This document shows, one piece after another, positions 6,777-13,447 of a stretch of 13,447 nt of DNA. The stretch comes from Gemmatimonadales bacterium. GTDB lineage: Bacteria; Gemmatimonadota; Gemmatimonadetes; Gemmatimonadales; GWC2-71-9. The notes below the pieces were generated by a model. That model had not been told where the DNA came from and did no database searches. It saw only the letters and a program-made list of their open reading frames with translations. Made by a program: the position numbers and the translations under genes. Each line of letters starts with the position of its first letter. Position 1 is the stretch's first letter. The stretch is taken from positions 1-13,447 of the forward strand of contig JBBQFH010000052.1 of the NCBI GenBank assembly GCA_038321865.1, in the 5' to 3' direction.

Positions 6777-8464
6777 TGCTCCGGAGCCTGCGCGCCAAGG
6801 TGATCGCCACGATGGCGCTGCTGATCGCGCTCGTGTTGCTGATCTCCGTGATCGGCGTCAACTCGATCGGCGCACTCGACCGAACGGTCACCCGCCAGAT
6901 GAACCTCCTCCTCGCCGGCGAGGAGTTGAGCAATGGCCTGGTCGGCACCGCCACGGCCGAGATCCGCGCCGGGGAGCAGTACCTGGTACGGCCGAGCGAT
7001 GCACTGAAAGCCGAGTTCGTGCGCAGCGGCGATTCGGCGTACGCCCTGCAGCACCGCTACCGCGACATCGGCGAGCTGACGACAGCCGACCGGGTGACCC
7101 TCAATCGCATCGCGGCGTCACAGGCGCAGGCGGAGGTCGCCTACGCGACGTCACACGCGCTCGCCGACCTCGGCCGGATGGACGACGCGCGCATCGCCGC
7201 CGAGCGCGCGCGCGGACCGTCCGACACCCTGGTGGCCGATGTGCACGCACTGTCCATGAGCCAGGCGTCCCGCGTGCGCGCCCACGCCGATGCCCTGGGG
7301 ACCGATGCGGCACGGCGGCGCTCGCTCCTGTGGGCGCTGTTCGCGGTCGTGCTGCTGATTGCCGCCGGCGCGTCGGCCGTGACGGTCCGCTCCATCGATC
7401 TGCCACTCCGCCGGCTGGTCGGCGCCGCGGACAGCTTCGGAGCGGGCGATCTGCGCCCGGTCCAGCTGGGCGAGATGCCGACCGAGCTGGGACTGCTGGC
7501 GGGAGCGATGGACAACATGGGCCAGCGGCTCCGCACCGTCGTCGAGGCGGTGGTCAAGGAGGCGACCGACATCGGCAGCAGCGCCAGCGACTTTTCGGCG
7601 ATGAGCCAGGAGCTGGCGGCGAGCAGCGGCGAGATCTCGACCGCGATGGTGCGGATCGCCACCAGCGCGGACCAGCAGCGCCGCGGGATGGACGAAGCGG
7701 GCATGCTGCTCGCCGGCCTCAACCAGGCGGCGAGCACGAACGCCGAAGCCTCCCGAAGGCTGGTGGCGCTGGGCGACCGGATCCGCGACCTCGCCGCGCA
7801 TCACCGGGCCGATGTCGGCGCCGCCGGCCGCACCCTGCTCGACGTGCGCGAAGTGGTCACGACCTCGGCCGGTCAGGTGAAGGAGCTTGCCGAGCGGAGT
7901 GAGACGATCACCGAGTTCATCGACCTCATCAAGCAGATCTCGTCCCAGACCAACCTGCTGGCACTCAACGCCGCCATTGAGGCCGCCCGGGCCGGCGAGC
8001 ACGGGCGCGGCTTCGCGGTCGTGGCGGAAGAGGTGCGCCGCCTGGCCGATTCGAGCGCCCGCGCGGCCGAAGACGTGACCAAGACGGTGGAGTTCATCCG
8101 CCGGCAGGTGCGCGAGGTGTCCGCGACCATGGAGCTGGGATCATCGAAGGTGGCGGGCATCGAGAACGTGGCGCATGCGGCGGCAAACGCACTCGAGGAG
8201 ATCACGCTCGCCGTGCAGGACGTCTATACCGCCGCGACCGAAGTCGCCCGCGAGGCGGACGACAACCGGCTGGTGGTGGACGAGCTGGGACGAAAGACGG
8301 TCGAGGTGAGCCAGGCGGCCAGCGAGCACGCCTCCGCCAGCGAGGAAGTGACCGCGGCGGCCGAGGAGCAGAGTGCGTCGACTGAGGAGATGGCTGCGTC
8401 GGCGGGAGACCTGCTGCATGGCGCCAACCGGCTGACGGCGCTCATGCAGGAATTCCGGACTTAG
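6773..8464 (+). CDS. Methyl-accepting chemotaxis protein (2 TM, helical periplasmic sensor, HAMP, signalling domain)
   Basis: Hairpin [43 protein letters not shown]...GDLR...ELGLLA..MDNM; EE/EQ methylation pairs; GTGA overlap with the upstream gene (ATG 6776 is an alternative start). Confidence 0.95.
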   Translation: MMLRSLRAKVIATMALLIALVLLISVIGVNSIGALDRTVTRQMNLLLAGEELSNGLVGTATAEIRAGEQYLVRPSDALKAEFVRSGDSAYALQHRYRDIGELTTADRVTLNRIAASQAQAEVAYATSHALADLGRMDDARIAAERARGPSDTLVADVHALSMSQASRVRAHADALGTDAARRRSLLWALFAVVLLIAAGASAVTVRSIDLPLRRLVGAADSFGAGDLRPVQLGEMPTELGLLAGAMDNMGQRLRTVVEAVVKEATDIGSSASDFSAMSQELAASSGEISTAMVRIATSADQQRRGMDEAGMLLAGLNQAASTNAEASRRLVALGDRIRDLAAHHRADVGAAGRTLLDVREVVTTSAGQVKELAERSETITEFIDLIKQISSQTNLLALNAAIEAARAGEHGRGFAVVAEEVRRLADSSARAAEDVTKTVEFIRRQVREVSATMELGSSKVAGIENVAHAAANALEEITLAVQDVYTAATEVAREADDNRLVVDELGRKTVEVSQAASEHASASEEVTAAAEEQSASTEEMAASAGDLLHGANRLTALMQEFRT

Positions 8465-8467
8465 ACG

Positions 8468-8872
8468 CTAGCGCTTGCGGCCCTTGACCGGTTTCCTGGC
8501 CGCCCGCACCGGCTTGACTGACTTCTTCCCCGCCCTGGCCGGCTTCGGTTTCGACTGGGGCTTCGGCTTGGGCTTCGCTTTCGCCTTGATCTTCTGGGCC
8601 TTTACCCGGTCGGCGGCCTTCTCGATCCGCTTCTGCTGAGCCTGCTGCACGTCGAGTACGATCCGGTCCGCCTCGTCCCCGCCCATCAGGCTGCGCCGTA
8701 CCGCAAACCGGGTCAACTCCTCCGCATCGGCGATGCGGAATTCCTCCAGTCGCGCCGCCGCCCGGATCACGTGGGCGAGGGCATCGGCCACCGGGCTGCG
8801 CAGCACGGTGGCGATGCCGGGAAGCGTTTCGAGCAGGGTCGAGATCTGCGAACTGCCGAGTTCAGTGCCCAC
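8468..8872 (-). CDS. Hypothetical protein, 134 aa, with a basic Lys/Pro/Ala-rich C-terminal tail
   Basis: Start reassigned to GTG 8872 (AAGGAG at 8885-8880, 7-nt spacing); tail KAKAKPKPKPQSKPKPARAGKKSVKPVRAARKPVKGRKR. Confidence 0.8.
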   Translation of the reverse strand: MGTELGSSQISTLLETLPGIATVLRSPVADALAHVIRAAARLEEFRIADAEELTRFAVRRSLMGGDEADRIVLDVQQAQQKRIEKAADRVKAQKIKAKAKPKPKPQSKPKPARAGKKSVKPVRAARKPVKGRKR

Positions 8873-8898
8873 CGGCGCCCTCCTTGGCGTAGGGCGGG

Positions 8899-8927
8899 AA
8901 CGTATGCGCTCGGCCACGCCGCGTCAA
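8899..8927 (-). promoter_or_regulatory. Putative sigma70 promoter
   Basis: Minus strand TTGACG (8927-8922), 17-nt spacer, TACGTT (8904-8899), directly upstream of the SD and GTG 8872. Confidence 0.65.
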
Positions 8928-8998
8928 GCAAACTGCCCAGATTCAACGACGTAAAGTAGTAGTTGTTAGCACAACCACTGCGTGCCGGCAGGCTCGGC

Positions 8999-9397
8999 TC
9001 AGCGAATGCTCAGCACGCCAGCTTCGTCATAGGCCCGGTGTGCCAGGCAGTAAAACCGGTACTCGCCTGCCGGAAGTCGCGGCAGGACAATGCGATACTC
9101 CGCCCGGGGGCCGAGGATCGGACCCGCCAGCTCACCGACCCGGCGCGGCATGGCGGCGCCAAGCGCGCTGCGAGCCGCGGCGGACATGCCGTCCTCAAAG
9201 ACAATGCTGTGATCGCCCCCGCCGGTCACCTTGAACACGAGCACGTCACCTGCGTGGGCCTCGAGCTTCGTCGGAGCAAACCGGTATTCCCCGGCGACGG
9301 CGTCATGCTCCAGGCGGATCTCACGAACCGTCTGGGCGCCGAGCACGCCGGCGGGAAGCAGGAGCGCCACCGCGAACGGCAGAACGAAGCGGGTCAT
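8999..9397 (-). CDS. Secreted plastocyanin/azurin-family cupredoxin
   Basis: Signal peptide; F.P..L....GD.L.F; DHSIVF; GEYRFYCLAH; SD GGAGG upstream. Confidence 0.88.
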   Translation of the reverse strand: MTRFVLPFAVALLLPAGVLGAQTVREIRLEHDAVAGEYRFAPTKLEAHAGDVLVFKVTGGGDHSIVFEDGMSAAARSALGAAMPRRVGELAGPILGPRAEYRIVLPRLPAGEYRFYCLAHRAYDEAGVLSIR

Positions 9398-9510
9398 GCA
9401 CCCTCCCTGACGGCCCGGCTTTCGTCGGGCCCGATGCGTTTGTAATATTGCTGGTGGCGGGACTCGCCCGATCGCGGGCCATTTTTCCCTTCCCGCCGAA
9501 GGGGCGGGCC

Positions 9511-9771
9511 GTGGGACGCAGGGGCATCAAGGAATATCGAGCACCCGAAGCCCTGATCCTGATTGCCGCGGATCGAGAGCACAAGGTGCTCGTGTGCCCG
9601 TCCTGCGGCTCCGCCGAAGTGGAGCGCGTGCCGCGGCGTGGCGGCGAGGATGACGCGCCGGCCGGCAAGGTGACGCTGCACTGCGCCGCCTGCGGGCGCA
9701 GCGCGGTTTACATCGATCGGTCACCTAGCCGGGATTCGCTTCCCGAGGCCCCCCGCCCCCACGAGGGGTGA
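9511..9771 (+). CDS. Small zinc-ribbon protein, 86 aa
   Basis: CPSCGS and HCAACGR pairs; GTG at 9511 with GAAGGGG upstream; fills the gap between a divergent and a convergent neighbour. Confidence 0.7.
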   Translation: MGRRGIKEYRAPEALILIAADREHKVLVCPSCGSAEVERVPRRGGEDDAPAGKVTLHCAACGRSAVYIDRSPSRDSLPEAPRPHEG

Positions 9772-9783
9772 GGCGCACGGCCG

Positions 9784-10503
9784 CTAGCGCAGTCCGGTGA
9801 AGATCCGTCCCCAGCGCACCGCCGTGACGAACGGGAGCGGGCGATAGCTCTCGGCATCGTAGCTGTAGTAGACGAACATCGGGCTGCCGCGGATGTTCCC
9901 CCTCGGCAGAAAGCCCCAGTAGCGGCTGTCCAGCGAGTTCTCCCGGTTGTCGCCCATCACGAACAGCGAATCCCGCGGCACCACGATCGGCCCCCAGTCC
10001 TCGACATCCGGCGCGTAACCCGCGGTGTCACGGCCGACCACGTGCGGCAGCTGCCACTCGCGCATCCTGGCACGCAGATCGGGCGGCGCCGACTCGTCGA
10101 GATTGATGTGCTGCACGTAGGGCTCGCTCACGGGGCTGCCATTACGGTAGAGCTGGCCGGTCCGCATGGCCAGAGTATCACCCGGGGTCCCGATCAGGCG
10201 CTTGACGACCTTGATCCCCGCTTCTTCCACGCCGGCCATGTACTTGGAATCGAAGACGACGATATCGCCCCGGTGCGGCTCCCGGACGGCGGGCAGCCGC
10301 TTGTTGAGCAGCGGCACCTCGGCGCCGTAGAGCGCCTTGTTCACGAACAGCCAGTCGCCGACCAGCAGCGTCTTTTCCATGCTGCCGGACGGGATGTGGA
10401 ACGCCTCGACCAGAAAGGTGCGCAGGAAGAACCACACGATCAGCGCCACGCCGATCGATTTGGCCCAATCCCACAGCCAGGCGCCGAGCGCCGACGATTT
10501 CAT
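9784..10503 (-). CDS. lepB: Signal peptidase I (downstream copy)
   Basis: IPSGSMEKTL (catalytic Ser), VVKRLIG (catalytic Lys), GDNRENSLDSRYWG; ATG 10503 with GGAG upstream (GTG 10509 is an alternative start). Confidence 0.94.
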   Translation of the reverse strand: MKSSALGAWLWDWAKSIGVALIVWFFLRTFLVEAFHIPSGSMEKTLLVGDWLFVNKALYGAEVPLLNKRLPAVREPHRGDIVVFDSKYMAGVEEAGIKVVKRLIGTPGDTLAMRTGQLYRNGSPVSEPYVQHINLDESAPPDLRARMREWQLPHVVGRDTAGYAPDVEDWGPIVVPRDSLFVMGDNRENSLDSRYWGFLPRGNIRGSPMFVYYSYDAESYRPLPFVTAVRWGRIFTGLR

Positions 10504-10505
10504 GC

Positions 10506-11216
10506 TCACTCCAGAGGGCTCAGGATGCGCCGCCAGCGGATCGCGCTGAACACCGGCAAGGCCCGCCAGCTGGCGGGATCGTAGCTGAAATAGATAAACA
10601 TCGGGTGACCGCGAACGTTCCCGCGGGGGAGGAATCCCCAATAACGCCCGTCGTAGGAATCATCCCGGTTGTCACCCATGACGAACAGGGAATCGGGCGG
10701 CACGACGATCGGGCCCCAGTCGTGCAGATCGGGGGCATAGCCCGCCGGGTCCGCCTCGACGAGGTGGGGCAGCTGCCAGGCGCGCATCCGTTCCCGGTTG
10801 GCCGGCGACTCCGACCGCGTCGGATCGGCATGCACGGCGTAGGGCTCGGCGAGGGCGCGGCCGTTGCGGTACACGTCGCCGTCTCGCATGGCGAGCGTGT
10901 CGCCGGGCGCGCCGATCAGCCGCTTGACGAGCTTCCGGCCCGGCTCCTCGACGGAGTCGAAGACGATGAGATCGCCCCGGCGCGGCTCCCGGACCGCGGG
11001 GAAGTGCCGCTGGGTGAACGGCAGCTCCGCGCCGTAGAGCGCCTTGTTGACGAAGAGAAAGTCACCGACGAGGAGCGTGTTCTCCATGCTGCTGGACGGG
11101 ATGCGGAACGCCTCCACGAGAAACGTGCGCATCACCAGCCAGATGCCGATCGCGATCAGGATCGATCTCGTCCATTCGCGCAGTACCGAGCCGGTGCCCG
11201 GCGCGGCTTCCGTCAT
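10506..11216 (-). CDS. lepB: Signal peptidase I (upstream copy)
   Basis: IPSSSMENTL, LVKRLIG, GDNRDDSYDGRYWG; one N-terminal TM; ATGA overlap with the upstream gene. Confidence 0.94.
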   Translation of the reverse strand: MTEAAPGTGSVLREWTRSILIAIGIWLVMRTFLVEAFRIPSSSMENTLLVGDFLFVNKALYGAELPFTQRHFPAVREPRRGDLIVFDSVEEPGRKLVKRLIGAPGDTLAMRDGDVYRNGRALAEPYAVHADPTRSESPANRERMRAWQLPHLVEADPAGYAPDLHDWGPIVVPPDSLFVMGDNRDDSYDGRYWGFLPRGNVRGHPMFIYFSYDPASWRALPVFSAIRWRRILSPLE

Positions 11217-12277
11217 TCCACCCAGTCGGCGATGAACAGGTCGGTTTCGCCCGCTTCATGCCCATGCCGGTTGGAGGCCCAGACGAGCTTCCGGCCGTCG
11301 GGGCTGAACATGGGAAACCCGTCGAACTGCGGCGTGTAGGTGATGCGCTCGAGCCCGCTCCCGTCGGCATTGATCAGGAAGAGATCGAAGTCCGGCCCAC
11401 GCGGATTCAGGTAGTTCGACGCGAAGATGATGCGCCGGCCGTCGGGATGGAAAAAGGGGGCGAAGTTGGCACCGCCGAGCGACGTGATCCGCCGGGGATT
11501 GCCGCCGTCCACATCGGCGATCCACAGCTCCAGCTTGGCCGGGCGCACCAGGCGCTCACCCAGCAGGCGCTGGTAATCGACGGAGTCCGAGGCTGTTTCA
11601 GGATACTGGGCCCGCCACACCAGGTGCTTGCCGTCGGGCGAGAAGAACGCCCCGCCATCATAACCCACCCGATGCGTCACGCGACGCACGTCGGAGCCAT
11701 CGGTGTTCATCGTGTACAGGTCGAGATCACCATCGCGGGTGCTGGTGAAGACGATGCGCCTGCCGTCGGGCGAGACGGTCGCCTCGGCGTTGTAGGCGCC
11801 GTTGCTGGTGAGCTTCCGCTGGTCGGTACCGTCGAGCTTCTGGCTGTAGATCTCGAAATGTCCGAGGGGCCAGACGTATCCCTTGGAGCGATCGACCGGC
11901 GCCGGGCACTCGCGCGAAAACTCGTGGGTCGAGCTGTAGAGCACACGGCGGTCGTGATCGTAGAAGTATCCGCAGGTCGTCCGCCCCGCACCGTTGGAAA
12001 TCCGGCGCAGGTGGGAGCCGTCGATATCCATGACGTATTCCTGGTCACACCCCGCGTTGACCTGCTCCTGCCGCTGGAAAATCAGCTGGCGGCCGGACCC
12101 CGAGAAATAGGCCTCCGCATTGTTGCCGCTGAACGTGAGCTGCCGGACGTTCCGCAGGTGCCGCTCGGCGGGGAGCGTAAGGGAATCTCGGGCGGCGGAC
12201 GTCGTCGCCGGGGCGGGGGCCGAATGGCCGGCGCACGCGGTCACCACGACCAGCGTGACTGCTGTGGGATAACGAAT
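11213..12277 (-). CDS. TolB-like PD40-repeat beta-propeller lipoprotein
   Basis: Repeats SPDGRRIVF, FSPDGKHLVW, FHPDGRRIIF, FSPDGRKLVW; lipobox VTAC. Start uncertain: ATT 12277 proposed, GTG 12247 in the ORF track. Confidence 0.88.
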   Translation of the reverse strand: MRYPTAVTLVVVTACAGHSAPAPATTSAARDSLTLPAERHLRNVRQLTFSGNNAEAYFSGSGRQLIFQRQEQVNAGCDQEYVMDIDGSHLRRISNGAGRTTCGYFYDHDRRVLYSSTHEFSRECPAPVDRSKGYVWPLGHFEIYSQKLDGTDQRKLTSNGAYNAEATVSPDGRRIVFTSTRDGDLDLYTMNTDGSDVRRVTHRVGYDGGAFFSPDGKHLVWRAQYPETASDSVDYQRLLGERLVRPAKLELWIADVDGGNPRRITSLGGANFAPFFHPDGRRIIFASNYLNPRGPDFDLFLINADGSGLERITYTPQFDGFPMFSPDGRKLVWASNRHGHEAGETDLFIADWVE

Positions 12278-12354
12278 TGGATCCTCGACCGGAGAGTGAG
12301 TGTGAGGGACGCCTCAATATAACGGGGCCTACTGCCGCAGGTTTCAGCTCCGGA

Positions 12355-13447
12355 TCAGGGCGTCACGATCCGGGTGCGCACCAGGTCGGGGACCTCGTCC
12401 TCGATGGTAAACGTCAGCTCCGGCACGAGCGCCCGGCGGCTTGGCGCCGGGATGGTCCGGCCGGGAGCACGAGCGAAAGCTGCCCACGCCGCGGCGACCG
12501 CAGGGTCGTCGAGCAGCGCCGCGCCGCCACGCGGGTCGATCGCGGCGCCCTCAAGGAGGGCCACCATGCGGGTTTCGTCCGGCACCGCGGCCGCCAGCGC
12601 GCCGATCAGCCGATAGCCGAGCACGTGCTGATCGTCGGGGCGCGTCCGGGCGATGCGCGCGCGCTTCTCCAGCTCGGCCACGCCGAGCAGCGGCTCGCGC
12701 GCGATGAACGGACGCAAAATCCGTTCGGCGCGCCACTCGGCCAGCCCCTCAGCGATGAACGGATCCACGCCGGGAAGCACGATGGGGCCGCCGGATGAAT
12801 CGGCGGCAAGCAGCAGCCGGCGCTGAAAGAGCAGGTGCTGCCACTCGTGCACGACGGCGCCGAGCGCGAGCAGGGGGAAGTAGCCCGGGTCGATGGCGAT
12901 CGCGTCACGCGCCTCGAGAAAGCCGTTCGCGTCCTGTCCGGTCAGGCCGCGCGGGCTGGCGAGCCGAAGCGTCTCGGTGCGCAGTTCCACCGTCGCGCCG
13001 GGGCCGTACTCGACGGCGACCCGGTGGAGCACCTCGAGAAACCCGCCGCGTCCATGCCGCCGCATCCACTCGCCGGCCGACCAGTTTTCTCGATGCACCA
13101 AACGCTCGAACAGGGCATCGGGTACGCCGTAGCGGGGGACGGCCTGCGGGTAACCGAACACGCGGGATTCGATCGCGGGAGTCGAGGCTGAGTCGTGCCA
13201 GGCCTCGCGAACGGCATCGCCGATGGAGTGCGCCGGGCTGCCCGGAAGCCAGGGTTCGTCGAGGAAGAAGCGGATCGCATCGGCGTACCATGCCGAGGCG
13301 GACTGGTAGCCGGCGAGGAGCCGGCTCACGGCCTGCGCCGACGCGGGCTCGAGCGCACGCATCCGCTCGACGATGCCGGCGGCCGCGGCGCTGTCGGAGG
13401 ACTGCAGTGCGAAGAGCCGGTACAACGCGAGTGCGACGGTGCCGGCA
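12355..13447 (-). CDS. 5'-truncated hypothetical protein with a gluzincin-type zinc metallopeptidase motif
   Basis: Frame open to the right edge; VVHEWQH (12835-12849) followed by FIAEGLAEW (E at 12748-12750). Confidence 0.75.
   Translation of the reverse strand, partial: AGTVALALYRLFALQSSDSAAAAGIVERMRALEPASAQAVSRLLAGYQSASAWYADAIRFFLDEPWLPGSPAHSIGDAVREAWHDSASTPAIESRVFGYPQAVPRYGVPDALFERLVHRENWSAGEWMRRHGRGGFLEVLHRVAVEYGPGATVELRTETLRLASPRGLTGQDANGFLEARDAIAIDPGYFPLLALGAVVHEWQHLLFQRRLLLAADSSGGPIVLPGVDPFIAEGLAEWRAERILRPFIAREPLLGVAELEKRARIARTRPDDQHVLGYRLIGALAAAVPDETRMVALLEGAAIDPRGGAALLDDPAVAAAWAAFARAPGRTIPAPSRRALVPELTFTIEDEVPDLVRTRIVTP

Noticed and set aside
6679..7902. 407-aa alternative-frame ORF inside the MCP
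   Set aside because: Arg/Gly/Pro-rich off-frame translation typical of high-GC genes.
8873..8917. GTG 8917 start from the ORF track
   Set aside because: It falls within the predicted promoter spacer and lacks an SD; GTG 8872 has AAGGAG.
1..13447. CRISPR array, transposase/integrase, defence or toxin-antitoxin system
   Set aside because: No regularly spaced repeats or diagnostic protein motifs seen.

Overview
GC-rich bacterial chromosomal window (gene content resembles Gemmatimonadota; this is inference). It has no mobile elements, CRISPR arrays, rRNA or tRNA genes. Fourteen complete CDSs: two coupled hypothetical genes, a secreted Ig-like/LVIVD-repeat protein, ogt, a cold-shock protein, a secreted hypothetical, a LivJ-type solute-binding lipoprotein coupled to an MCP, a small protein with a Lys/Pro/Ala tail, a cupredoxin, a Zn-ribbon protein, two tandem signal peptidase I genes and a PD40/TolB-like lipoprotein are the 13 best supported, plus a 5'-truncated HExxH protein at the right edge and a possible gene start at the left edge. 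The most interesting part is the non-coding 23-477 region. On the minus strand it holds a TCCACA (DnaA-box-like) cluster, an IHF-like site, a sigma70-like promoter overlapped by an NrdR-like half site, and a ~290-nt hairpin-rich leader with a predicted 6-bp kissing loop and an anti-SD helix. Other leads: a terminator inside the csp leader, a 27-bp motif in three intergenic regions, a cupredoxin with Glu at the axial Met position, a likely ATT start codon and an internally duplicated unknown domain.
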